In this document: positions 29,403 through 42,400 of the stretch, one piece after another
Numbering within the stretch: position 1 is the stretch's first letter
Layout: every line of letters begins with the position of its first letter
Assembly (NCBI GenBank): GCA_025786725.1
Contig: JAHLTZ010000023.1
Coordinates: forward strand, 62,001 to 126,000
DNA from: Syncephalis fuscata S228
Taxonomy: Eukaryota; Fungi; Zoopagomycota
Direction: 5' to 3'
Length of the DNA stretch: 64,000 nucleotides
Notes under the pieces: generated by a model
What the model was told of the DNA's origin: nothing
The model's database searches: none
Seen by the model: only the letters and a program-made list of their open reading frames with translations
Program-made: the position numbers and the translations under genes

Positions 29403-30058
29403 ATTACAATACCTATTCCAAATAGCATCCAACATACCGCTGAATAACGCGATAAAAACACCAGCGCTGGTTTATGTATCGCTTTATTTCATAGGCAAGC
29501 TATTTTGATTAAACTTATTTAATAAATGCTATAAAATAGCAGTAAAGTATAAAAATTGCACAACACACAATATGGCAATATTCTTAGCACCGTTGGCCAT
29601 CCACTCATTACGGATAATGATTAGGTAAATGACAGTATAATACAAACATTCAGATTTAACTATTAAAAAGCATATTTAAGAAGATATGAAAATGAAAAGC
29701 TATTCCAACAATAATTTTAAATTTGCAAAAATTCAATCATCGCTGTTCGAGTAAATATCATTTATCCAAGTTTTATTATTATTGTACAAATAAATATCTA
29801 TACAGCATGGCTGATTGCCATACTTATTACTCTGTCACAGACAATACTCCCATTTCCATGTGACCACCATTATCAGCATCATATGTGCCATTTATGGACA
29901 TCAAAACAAGTTTTTTACATATACAAGGAACAAGTCGTGCTTGCATTGCTTTTAGCATGGCAATGGCCAGATTTGCGCATGATTTTAAATATACTTTTTT
30001 TTGTTTAGCCACTCTTTATTTTTCGTTTAATTTATTTTGTATTGCATATTTCTACATC

Positions 30059-32008
30059 ATGCTGAATGGCATAGGGACACCTGCATTGCTATTGTGCTTT
30101 GTTGCGTCTGTTTTTGGTATGGCCACATTTCGTGTGGGCAAACAAACATTTCAGTATCACACACAGGATTTACTTGAAGTTAAAGTTTCGCCGTATACAA
30201 TGCATGGTGTTTTAGTAAATGCTGTATTGATGAGAATGCATTATGTAAGATATCGCCATCTGTCTTGATACAGCCCGATCTGCACTGAATAGTGTAAAAT
30301 TTGATAACATCACAAGTGTAATTATCGCCATTGATGCAATAGAAGCGCAAGAATTTGGTTGTAAAGCAGCCACCTATGTAAGTTATTTGTATCACTATTG
30401 CAGTGGTGTGCTCTAATTATTATTATTATTATTATTACTAGGCGGGATTTGCAGTATCTAAACTTAATCAGTATTTAAATGCTACAAGTGGATTTTCGAT
30501 TGATATGGCGCTTTATATAGCTAATACAAATTCAGGTCCTGGATTTGGTGCATATTACACCTTGGTTTATACAACATATGGATTCAGTTTTTCAAAAGCG
30601 TATCGCCAGTCAACATTGCACTGTTACCTCACGATAATTACCAGGCTGTCTTAGATGCAAGCAATAAATTAAGTGCAGCAGTCACAGTAACAATTGATGA
30701 AGGTAATTGGTTCACTTTAAAATTGTTATTATATTCTGCGCACTAATTATATATATATATATATATATGTATACCGGTGTATCTATAGAGTCAGGGCCTT
30801 GGAATGATGCCTTTCTATCGACTGGCTATCGAGTATTTACCTATTGCACATTGGCTATATTTGTATGTATTATGCTGTACAGTTCTGTAAATTTGTATCG
30901 CTTGATCAAAACAAAAAAAACTATTACTAGACATCATACTGTAATATATGTCTCTGCGTCATGCGCTGCAATATGTAGGAACAAGTTTATCCTTACTAGT
31001 ATTGATAGAATGCTAACCAACAAATTTTATACGGTAGTATGTGTATTAGGATTCGTGCACAGCCAAAACAACGCGATTTATTTATGTACAAAGCTATTTC
31101 AAGAATTTTTTTTAGGCATTGGATTTCATACGCTACTGTTATTATGGTATGCATATATTGTAAAAAAGAGTATTACTAATTTTATTAACATCAACTACTG
31201 CTACTGATAATAATAATAATAATGAATAGGCATTCGATTGCAGCCAGTATACAAATAGCCGATTTTTGATGCTGCTCCGATATGGTATCATTATCTCGTT
31301 TGTGCTAACAATTATTGCCCAACTATTATTTGTTATTTGCGCGCTTATCTTGTCATCTCCGACACAGAACATAATACGAATAGTTGCTGATTATTCTATA
31401 ATATTGACGCAATCTATTCTTATGTTTGCATTCTTTTATTACGGTAATACTATAGTATTATTTTTAAATAACACATTGTTAAATTCCATGTGTTTAGGCA
31501 TAATATTTTGGCTAAAACAAGGCAATCTACTAGCGGACAGTACTGCGAAACAGGCATTGTTATTGGTAAGTAGCAAAAAAGTTAGATTAATAAACAAAAT
31601 AGAAAATTAGTTATATTTACCACTAGCATACTAGGTGACAAAGATATGCTTAGTATTTTTATTAGGAATTTTGATGATGTCTATCGCGAATATAATGTAT
31701 TATACAGAGGTCTGGCTTTATAGTGTTGCCGCCGAAGTTACTCGCTTGATTCTTTATAAAATGTCGGTTGTTGTGCGCAACAGTGCGCTTCTTTTTGTTA
31801 TTGGCCTACGTCCAAAATCCGATGCTCAGTATAAAAAAGAATTGGTAATAACGTGGACAACAAAAATAATACTACATCATTGCTGCAAAATACACATGAT
31901 GAATACACAACTTATGTTGGCGCACTCATATCATCAAATATCCAACCGGATACATGGACGACGCTCACTAATATTACATATTACAGCACTGCTGCCAAAA
32001 ATAATTAA
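30059..32008 (+). CDS. Signal peptide + ectodomain + ~7 TM protein, divergent relative of copies A/B; multi-exon with 1-nt indels
   Basis: Signal MLNGIGTPALLLCFVASVFG; IAIDAIEAQEFGC, ESGPWND and VIGLRPK parallel IAIDGTDLFGAQC, EPGPDND and AIGIRWP in A/B; similarly placed introns. Confidence 0.7.
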
Positions 32009-32330
32009 ACTAATACTTGGTTTATCAGCGACAAAAAGCTATTTAATACTATTCATTACATTGATGATAGAAATTATTATTAATTTATAAAGTAAAAATG
32101 TAATTTAATATAAATAAAAATTTTAAATGCCTAAACACGTCTGCGTAAAATATCATAAACAAACAATTTGATAAATGAGAAATGTACAAATTAACTTATT
32201 TGCAGAAAACATAGAAATGTATTAGCATATGTGCAATAATTAGGTTGTGGTTATACTGTAAAAATATAGACGTTTATTACTAAACTAAATGTAAATAATT
32301 TTATTAAATTCTACTAAAAACAGCTATAAT

Positions 32331-33604
32331 TTATTGATTGGCTGTCGTTAAATCGTGCCAATAAGTTTGTGTAAGCCTACACGCTGACTCGTCATTATTA
32401 TCAGCTAATGAAAATTGGTATACATGTGCCTGGTTGGCAAGCTGTACATTAACAGGATGACTGCCATCGCCGATTGCCGGATCCCAATTTCTCTCGGCAA
32501 ATGTAACGTTATTTTGATGATCAACGAGAATAATCGTGCTTGTACGTGTTGCGTAGAGTCCTTCAGGTTTTACAGTAGGTGGTACACAAATATAATGACG
32601 TGTATTGATCTTATCATCTTTAGCTGGTGGTTTTTTGATGGCCGAGGGCGGCTGATACTCCTGTTTATCACTAATAGAACTTAGCACAACTATGTTGTAT
32701 TTGATTTAACCTACCTTAACAGATTAAATAGCTGACACCAAATGGTTCACAGCTTTAGCATCTAATCCATCGGACATCACTGCTTTCGTATCATTTATTA
32801 ACTGTGCAAAAATAGTCTCTGCCGATGCTATCTTTGGCCAGTGTTCTGGATTGTAGTAAGGATAGCCCGCGTTAGATACAACATGAGGCGTATCAGCCTC
32901 TAACTGTGTTAGAATATTGTTTACGTTATAAACACTGGCTAGTCTTTTGAATGGAGGTGCTGGTGGTGGTTCATGGCTAAATACTAGATACTGATTCATC
33001 AGAATATTACCCACTAGTAGATTAAAGCCAGCATAGTCATCTTGATCACATTGTATCGCTTCCAAATATTGAGATAGATGATCGTCAACACCATGATCAC
33101 TAACACAATCACTAATCGACAAAGCGTCATGCTCATCCTCGCCATCGTTTTGAAGTAGAAAGTCGGTTACTAATTTGCCCCGGGAACGAAAAGGTGTAAT
33201 ATCCTGTTCAGGCGTACAAACTGCCCCATCAATACTATCCACTAATGACTTGTTATTGAATGGTCGAAATGGCCGATTTGTTAACAACGAAAGTTTGCCC
33301 TTAAGCGTTACACCTAGCCAAGTCCCATTGGCCGTACAATCCTGGCCGGCAAGCAATTGATCCGAACTAGAAGCGTATGTCGATTGTACTGGCCATAGAT
33401 GGGCTTCCTTCGTGGGCCGTGTCACCATTTCATCTCGATTGCTAGCAAGGACGCTATGATATCAGCGTCAGTAGTAATTATTAAATACAATAGTAAAATA
33501 GTTTATTAGTATTGGGCATTGCTGCTACGATATAGTTTTGATACTAACAGTTTCCATGGGAAATGGGTGCGACTATTTGAGTGGTAAATAAAAAAGATAC
33601 ACAT
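32331..33604 (-). CDS. TANGO2: NRDE/TANGO2 family protein
   Basis: MCIFF...LVLASNRDE, GTWLG, LLTN, SRGKLVTDFL, YAGFNLL, YATRTSTIILVD. Confidence 0.92.
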
Positions 33605-33875
33605 GACGAAAAGAGTGAAGAAAAACAAGTGGCGGACATACAAGTCTCGTATTTATTAATAAATATCTATCGTCAAGGAATTAGTGTGGTAATAATGATG
33701 GTTGGTTGTAAAGCAAAATCCACGTTGTATCATCAAAAAGGTAACACAGCGTGAGAAAGCAAGTCTCAACGCTTTCAGTGTTGGTATTCGGTACTAAGCA
33801 CAATAGTTGTATTTAAGCATGACCTCAAGCACAGCATGTGTTAGAGAGCCTTCAATAGCCGGCTTTCTGCGGTAG

Positions 33876-34820
33876 CTACAAATCCAACTTGTCGTGCAAT
33901 ACGTGCCAGGTCCCGAGGAAACTCGGATGGTGCCGCTTTTTCGTGTGAAAATTGTGCCATACCACAGCTGTAAGTACTTCGACGTTTATGCAAGTCTTAC
34001 GGCTAGCTGCTGGATTGATTGACAGGCGTGGTGTTTGTGGAAACATCATAAATGATGAGGCACGTGCACTAGAAAGCATATCCATGCTGCTATCGTCACT
34101 ATCACTGCTATGACAATAGCTATGACTATTATCGGCATTATCGTCATTATTGCCATTCATCGTGTTGTTATTGTTATTAATAGTATAAAGCACATTGCTA
34201 TCGGGTAAAGATGCTGCCGACGATACCGACCGTGGTCTTAAGAGCCATGTTGCAGAAGATGCAGAAGGCGGTGTTGCCGGACATGATGCAAAGCCATCCT
34301 CTGTAGCAAGTATTTGCGAAAAGGATGCAAAAGGCGGTGGTGGTGGTGGTGGCCGCAATGGCATATTCAATAAAGAGTAGGAAATATGCCGGTCTAGATT
34401 GCCGGGGGTAGGTGGGGGTGTTAATGGTGGCGGTGGTAATGAATTAGTCGGGGCAATCAGTGTTGGATAAGGCAAGGATACTTTACACTTTAATGAGGGG
34501 CGAGTCATTGGTGGTGACAACAATGGCTGTATTGTCAATGACCTACGATACATTGTACTATCTTTATTGACGATATTTGCCGTTATTTTTGGTGTCGTTG
34601 TCGTTGTTGTTGTCGTCATCATGGGTGCGGTGGGATGTGGTTCATTAACTACAATATTAATATCGGATGTCTTGTTTGATACCAGGTCTCGAGGTGAATC
34701 GTGCGCAAACGTCGACGTTGTAGGCTGTTGTACATCCGTGTAAATACCGCATGGCTGCATCCACTGACAGAAAAATTGCGACACTGCAGTCATGGTGGTG
34801 TTAGTAGTGGATACAGGCAT
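33876..34820 (-). CDS. Intronless Pro/Ser/Thr-rich hypothetical protein (314 aa)
   Basis: 945-nt ATG ORF with GC above background, poly-Pro tracts and SP/TP sites; no recognisable domain. Confidence 0.6.
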   Translation of the reverse strand: MPVSTTNTTMTAVSQFFCQWMQPCGIYTDVQQPTTSTFAHDSPRDLVSNKTSDINIVVNEPHPTAPMMTTTTTTTTPKITANIVNKDSTMYRRSLTIQPLLSPPMTRPSLKCKVSLPYPTLIAPTNSLPPPPLTPPPTPGNLDRHISYSLLNMPLRPPPPPPPFASFSQILATEDGFASCPATPPSASSATWLLRPRSVSSAASLPDSNVLYTINNNNNTMNGNNDDNADNSHSYCHSSDSDDSSMDMLSSARASSFMMFPQTPRLSINPAASRKTCINVEVLTAVVWHNFHTKKRHHPSFLGTWHVLHDKLDL

Positions 34821-35221
34821 GATAAATGATTAATTAATAGACGAAAAGGAAGACGTAATAGTATGTGGTGTCGTTATACGTTATCAAAGTTTATAAAATA
34901 AAAAGACGTAAAATAAGAAAGCACAGCCAAAACAATAAAAAAACCCTCACGGTATTTGAGGTCCTACCATGCGTGGCGTTGTTATCATGTTGCCGTGTTA
35001 CCACAGCACAAGTTGAAACTTGGACGGCTATGAACCGCCGTTATTCAGTAAAAAACACGTGGCCCGTTTTAAAAAAACTGATGATAAAGTCCATAATCAT
35101 CTAATGGCAATCCTTGGCAGTTGCAAGTAGCACTATTTATTGTAACCGCTCATTTTCCTTACTAGTAGCTCTCTCCGTATGGTTGATACTATTTATCCGA
35201 CCACGATACGTAAGTCTCATG

Positions 35222-35236
35222 GTTACCATGGGCAAC
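35222..35236. promoter_or_regulatory. RFX X-box-like site GTTACCATGGGCAAC
   Basis: Matches GTNRCC-N0-3-RGYAAC, ~400 bp upstream of the Pro-rich ORF; motif match only. Confidence 0.3.
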
Positions 35237-35889
35237 TAAATGGGCCGTTTATAGTCAAAGAAAGACAGCTATTGACTTGATTCGGCCATACACAGCAAAT
35301 AGCCTTTATCCTTAGTACTATTCGCCTAACTCACTTAGTTTGCATTAATAATAGTGCCTTAATACAATATCTAATAATGACTTTAAAAGTGCTTTAATTA
35401 AAATGAAAATCATATCAAACTGAATAGCTCAAATAGAATGCATAAAACGCGCGTCGTGTAAAGCCGCACATATCAAAGTCATCACCTTGTTCCTATTAGC
35501 AAACAAGTCGAATAGTCATGAGCGTGTTAAGAAGAATACACGCTTCATAACTATTATCAATGATAGACAATTGGAAACAAAAAAAGAGAATCCAATGAAA
35601 TCATAACAAAATAAATCAATGTTGATATCATCTGTATATGGAGTGCTTAACAAAAAATAGATAATAAAAATAAGCCATTGGCCAAATAAAAAATAAATGA
35701 GGGCGAGAACGATGTCGGTTTGAGAGAAGACAGGCACGCTGTAATCCATTAATATAAATAACAGCATGACCTGGGATACAAGCTAAAAACAAAATAAAAT
35801 AATGAAAATTTACATCATGAATATGATTAATGGTGTGTGTGTGTGTGTATATAAACGAACAGATATGCGCTAATAAGAGTAAAAAGCAC

Positions 35890-38800
35890 TTAGTGACCAT
35901 TGATTAAATAAACGTAGTGTTTACTTGAACAATGACTAGTAAGCATTCTTGGTATGTGTGCATGTGTAAAGGGAAAAAAGGCCATTTCGTAAAGCCGTTT
36001 AAGCCTGAACGGTGATATTGTTGCTAATGCCGGTCTCTTCACCACGTAAATCTTCTTGGCTAGATGAAGGTGCAACGAATCGCCATCCATTACCGCCTTC
36101 TTCTAGAACGACCAGTGACGGATCCACTCCTGAAACAAAATGAATAAGTCTACGAGAATGATTAACTAAGGCCTAACTTACCCATATAGCACGGATCACA
36201 TATACGAGCACTTGGATCAGGCGAATATGGCGTTCCATCTGATGACAGGTTGGCGGCATCTGTTTGTGCTCGTTTAGACAAACACTCGCCACAGACCGTT
36301 TTCTGACACGCTGCACAAGTATTCTATGTTATTATAGTAATAGATGATCAATTAATCAATTACTGTTATACGGAATTATTCATCTATTAACTTACTCTCC
36401 AACGGAATACGGTAAAATCTTTTCTACATAAACCACATCGCTTGGCAGCCGGTGTGTCACAAATGGTATTCATCTATAACGACATAATAAGTCAGTATTG
36501 CTTTATAGTCTATTTTTCTTTCTTTCTTATTTATTTCTTATTTATTTACGATTAATACTTACTCTACTAATACGTGCGGCAAATCCAGGTGCTTGTACAA
36601 AGTTCAATGTACGTGCACGTAATAAATCGGCCAATGCCTCTTCTTCTTCATCATCGTCAGCATCAGCATTGCCCCAGCGTTCCTGGAAGCAAAGATCGCA
36701 TGCTCGTTCAACTCGATCTTCTTCCGCCGTTTCACCAGGAATAAGAAAGTTGCGCGATGAGCATGCATGGCAAACAACTTTACCGCATAAACGGCAATGG
36801 TGCTTACGACGGTAGAGTCGGAACTCAAGATCACATATCATACAGCACACAGCATCGTCATCTGGTACCCATACAGGTGCTTTATATTCCTCAACAACTC
36901 GATGTTTAAACGAGTCAATTTGAGGACGGATCTTCTTTTCCTTCTTCAGTGTGCCTTGTGCTTCCTGTCTTTCCTGAATTGCTTCACAGATGGCATCAAT
37001 CCATTCGCGTTTCTCTTGTGGATTATCCGTATAAACTTGGAATGATTTGTCAGGACTAAGTATTTGAAAAGCATTCTGGACCACTGTTGATTATAATTAG
37101 TAATTATGCTATTAGTATTAATATTACTGCTAACTTACTTTCATTATCTACAACAGGCACAACTTTGCAGTGCTCAAGTAATAGTTTGCGATGGAATACA
37201 AACGAATCTTCAATCATGCCAGGACTTGCATATAAAAGAATATCCGAGAATAGGAAGAATTCACGTCGTTGATGATTCTTTCGGCAAATCTGTATCACTT
37301 GATAAATATACAAATTATAAAATGTAAAAGAGATAATTACCTTTTTAACAAAGCCACGTTTTAATAGTTTACGTCCTGGAACTAGTAAACGCTATTATAA
37401 TAAATACCATTATAGATTAGTTACAATGAACATTGTATTAATAAATGTATCAACTTACTTCGCTAAAGCCGGCCAATGATCGTTGAATATCAATGATTTG
37501 TCGAGCCTCATCGTGACCACGTAACATTTCATTGACAAAGTTGGTAACTATAGCCATTGGATTAGCATATAAAGGACTGTTAATAATTAATACCAACCTT
37601 TTTCAACTTCTTCAAGTGCATCTTTCAACTGTTGGTGGTCTGGATGGCCGGCTGCCGTCTTTCGCATCAATCGGTCAAGTAGCAAGCAGTAGCGTGGAAC
37701 ACGTTGCATTGGCTCAAGTAAATAAGCTTGCAAGGTAAGACCACGTTGCTTTTGCTTCATATCAACCTCCTAGTATATTATTAAATAAGTAAATATTATT
37801 CAACTTTTGCTATAGCTCTACGTACCTTTAAGAAGCGAACAAAAGCTGGGCTTGCACCCATATGTGCACTCACTCTTCCCATAGCATGGCTACAATTGCC
37901 AAGATACATGTTATAGATTTTTAGATATGGCGCAAGACGAATGAAAATGTCACCAAGACATCCTTGTACCGGATTCCAGCTTGGTACATTAATACGCGAT
38001 TCAAGTCGTTGTAACAGCTCTTGATGGAAGTTAAGAATAGCATCAAGGTGCTTGAATATTTCAAGAATAGCTGTGTCAGTAAGAATTTGACTAGGTGTGC
38101 CAACTTTAGTCATAAGTGGATCACGGAATTGTCCAAGTAGAATGGTAAGACGACCAACATAAGTGCGTTCCGTTTCAAGTATTTCGAGAGCAATTTGTTG
38201 TCGTTCTTCCATTAATTGGTCGAGTGTAAGTTGACTTAAGCGAATCGAATCGCCATCGTTCAATTCCGATTCCAATTCTGTGGTCGATATGACTGCTTCA
38301 ATCGCAGTTGCTGTTTCAATTGCTGTAACCACCTCATCGACTAAATGCAGTGATTTATTGGCCTCTGAATCCACTGTATCTCTTGATCCATGACGTGATA
38401 AGCGTGGTGTTAATTCACCGGGTGTGATGTAAACGCTATGATCTGCCTGGTGTAACTGCAGCTGATCATTAATCGACAAATCACCTGCTTGTGGCACTAG
38501 TGATGTCGAGTTACGCAGTGTTCCTTTTGGTGTTGTGCGCTGTGACGGCACTCGTGGCTGTGGCACCGAGAACCGGTGGTCGACCGCACGGTGCCACACC
38601 GGAGATCGGAATGACGCATTGCCATCAATCATCGAACTGTCAGCTGACATAGTCGCGTCGTCAAATGGACCGTCGTCAAGTAGACCGAATTCGGCAATAA
38701 TACTCGTACGAGCTGTAGTGCCAGCCGTAGTTGGTGATGTCGAAAGCGATGGCGTTCCAGTACTGATTGGCGAATCAACCATATCAAGCATTGGATGGAC

Positions 38801-39464
38801 ACGTCGTGGCCCAAATGCTGTTATATCCGAGTTAATATCCACTGCATCGCTTGTTGCCGTTTTTGACTGATTATCTTGTTCATTATGTTCATTACCAAAC
38901 GATATCATCATTTGGCCAAGTTCTTTATCAGTTTTTGTTTCATTTTCTTTGCCATTAGGCGCTAAAAACACAGAGGCAATACTAATGCCAGAATCTTCGT
39001 TTGTTTCTGTTGTGGCCCCACGACGTTTTGAAGGCTTTCGAATAACAAATTGGTACGTCGTACAGTTCCATAGGCCGTATCAATGGAGCCAGATTTCATA
39101 TTCTCTCTTCCAATACCACCAGCACTACCATTGATATTTAAACCACCTTGGTCAACTATAGTTACAAATGGGCCATGGTTGTTATGTTGTTTAGTAACGG
39201 GTGTCGGTGGATTGGACCCATTGGCAAACACACTGGCATCAACTGCCGGTGCGCCAAATACTATTCATTATTTACACAATATAATCAGATTTACTCAATA
39301 CAATTACCGCATCAATTTAACTTACCCATAACATCGTCGTCTGTCTCTTCTACTAGATCATCGGCCGGTAATACCAGCGATTCTGGCGGTGGTGGAGCAC
39401 GAAGAAATAGAAACGAACGACGATTTCCAGCACCGGCCAGCATGCGTTCGTCGACGGTGGACAT
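35890..39464 (-). CDS. FGD-like RhoGEF (DH-PH-FYVE plus a second FYVE-like finger); multi-exon; 3' end uncertain
   Basis: DH: EILETERTYV, YLKIYNMY, PMQRVPRY. PH: REFFLFSDILLY. FYVE: WVPDD..CMIC..F.LYRRKHHCRLCGKVVCHACS. Second Cys cluster at 36200-36450. Confidence 0.9.
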
Positions 39465-42400
39465 CGGTGACAACAAGAGATAGATAGATCAACGGCAATG
39501 GTTATCTGGAATACGTTACAGATATATAAAGATATTAGCAAACTGAAATAGAACACTGGTAGGATGACAAGGAAGCTGGAAAAAAGAAGAAGGGAAGAAA
39601 TTGCTGATAAGAGCATTGATCAAACGACAGGTGCTAATGTGCTCAATTAGGAGAATTGCATTGTCCTACGATGACGACATGAATCGTATGTAGTCTATAC
39701 ATGTTGGCATTGTAGGACAATGCACGCTGCATTGTTGTAGCACAACATAATAGCAAGCATCTCATATGAACTTATATATCCACAGAAAAATAAACGGGGA
39801 TACTATTATCAAAAACAACTGTTGCTGTTACGTTGTAGCACACCATCAAAGTAATGAAAAGTGTGGGTATGACAGTGTTGTGGTAGTGCAATAACAGCTG
39901 TTGTCATAATGGTAATATTAAAACTGGTATAGTGGTAATAATGATAACAATAGACAGCATACTGATGAATGTGGCATAGTCGTTTACAATAATTGCAGCG
40001 TCACCTAAGCAATGTCATCGATCGACTTACCACCAAACCACAAGGCACTGCGAGTAATGACGTGTCTCGTGACCTATCAGTTCGAATACAATTAAATCAC
40101 CGCTTGATCAATAAGCTTTCTCAATAGAACAACATATCATGTCATCGCATGTCATAATACAATGATTGTACCAATGATAAAAGGTCGAACATAAGCTACT
40201 GATGTCATTCTACTTACCTAGATTGTATGTATGTGAAATACGCTGGGTAAACAGGCGTATGCAAGTGCTATTGCAGGCGAAATAGGCCAGTTACGGGCCG
40301 AATGGCAGCGATATTGGATAAATAATAATAAAACGTAGGAAATGACGACCTGATAATAATATAACAAGGATAATCAATTGGCAAGGAAAGGCTGCTACAG
40401 CTTTTTGGCAGCTATTAGCAAAGTGTATATGACAAATGTGCGAGTCAGTATTGTGTGCTAATAGCAATAGTAATAATAATAATAAGTAGTAATAAAAGAC
40501 AGTAACGAATGACTACAACAATGATAAAGCAAGGCCAGATAAACAGAGAAGGGGTACAAGTCAGCTGACAAGAATGACAAAATGGGATGACCTACTTATG
40601 AGGTCAGGTGGGCGACGATAGACTATAGTGGAGGTAGTAGAGGTGGTGAACGGGCAGAGACGAGATATAAAGGAATGGACATGCGTAGAAGTAGATTGTC
40701 TGCCGTAGGTCAACGGCCAACAAGTGAAGCGTAGCTGTCCAGTGCCTAATAGAACTGACGCTGTTTGATACACTGCGCTTGTGTGATAAAGCGTTATAAG
40801 CCGTTGCAATTTTTAGTGTGACTTGTGAGAGACAACGTTGCAAAAAGACGGGCAAACGTCAATGCTATGTAAGGGCTGCAGGCTAGAAACTGTTAGCACT
40901 AGCAAGCCAGGTAGATAGATAGAGAGATAGAGAGATAGAGAGGAGGAGAGAGAAAGTAGAGCAGAGCAGAGTAGAAGAATAGTATAGCGGCAGCGATATT
41001 GGGTCGTTTTTTGCTTCGTTACAGGCCGTGGTAGTACTGAAAGTGTTGCGGAATTCACCAACTCGGCTTTCACTACCCCAAAGCAAGAATGCAGACGCGA
41101 AGATGAGGAAGAAATAGAATCAAAGAGACAGGAGGGCCCGTCAGTGCTTGGAAAAGTAGCCGATAATAAATACCAAGATAAAAGCAAAGAGCGAGAATAA
41201 AAAAAAAGGTAAACCGAAGCGGAGAACGAAATACAATCGAATAGAAAGAGGCAACAGCACAGCAGCAGCCACCACCGCAGTCTTAGCGAAGGTCAAATAA
41301 AGAAGATATACTCGGTGCAAAAAGGTAGTGTTGATTCTTTTTACGGGTAGGTTATTGTTACAGCTAGTTATTTGCCACACCAATAGATATACTGGAAAGT
41401 AGTGAGGGGGTGGAGGTGCAGCAGCAGCAGCAGCGGCAGTAGTGGCGAAATAGGCAATGAATACGTGATCGTTGAAATAGGAGAGGAAATGGGTCGCCTT
41501 TGAAGCCTGTGCAAGCTTCGGTATGGAGTTAAAAGCGAGCCGAGTGGGAATAGATAGGAAAACGAGCAAGTATAATGGACAAATAGCGTTGAAAGATGTG
41601 TGTGCGTGTGTATTGTTATTCAAATAAATGGTTACAAGATGAGGAAATCAGTTATTGGCGTTTGAATGGGTCGGTATAGACATAGACAATTATAGTAACA
41701 TAGGATGAAGATGAATAGAATACTGGTAAATGGGTCACACACTACGTTCAATAGGGGTTAAAGTCCGAACTTGTGAGCCATCGCCACGCCAAACAAGTAA
41801 AAGACGACAACGACGATCAACGTTAAAGCACGAACAGCAATCGAAATCGTAAGTGTTAAACTGTTTGAACAATAGCGTTGACAATAGTACTATAATGGTG
41901 ATGGCTGCATCACTCGATTGCCAAGCATAAAATAGCCGCTTAATGAGCAGTTATTTCGCGGTGGTCTGCAGGTATCAGTATATTAACCGATGTCAATGCG
42001 GGTGGACACGTGAGTCATTACAGAATGACGATAGGCAATGCAGCCAAAGGCCGACAATGTCTACTGCTGCTCACATTTACGCTCGTCAACTGGCTTGTAG
42101 CTAAGGGCGGCGTACTATGGCGATGGCAGCGCCAATAATCATGATGAAAGCAAATAGGCAAGGCACCACTTAGCGTTAAGAAAACCCACCTCTAGTGGCA
42201 CAGCAGCCAACTTGGTAAAATTATGACGATTGCCAGTATTAAATTGCGCAAAATTAAGGGGTAACAATAAAAAAAGTATTTCTTTTAAATCAATAGATGA
42301 TGTAAAAAATGCACAGCTTGCTATAATAAATGGAGCACAATTGTGAATTAGTCATCAGCACAAATAAAGAAAATCTAAATAATGGCTGTTTATAATCATC

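Noticed and set aside
34473-34481. GTATCCTTG on the minus strand as a U12 5' splice site
   Set aside because: It lies inside an uninterrupted ORF and no downstream TCCTTAAC branch site was seen.
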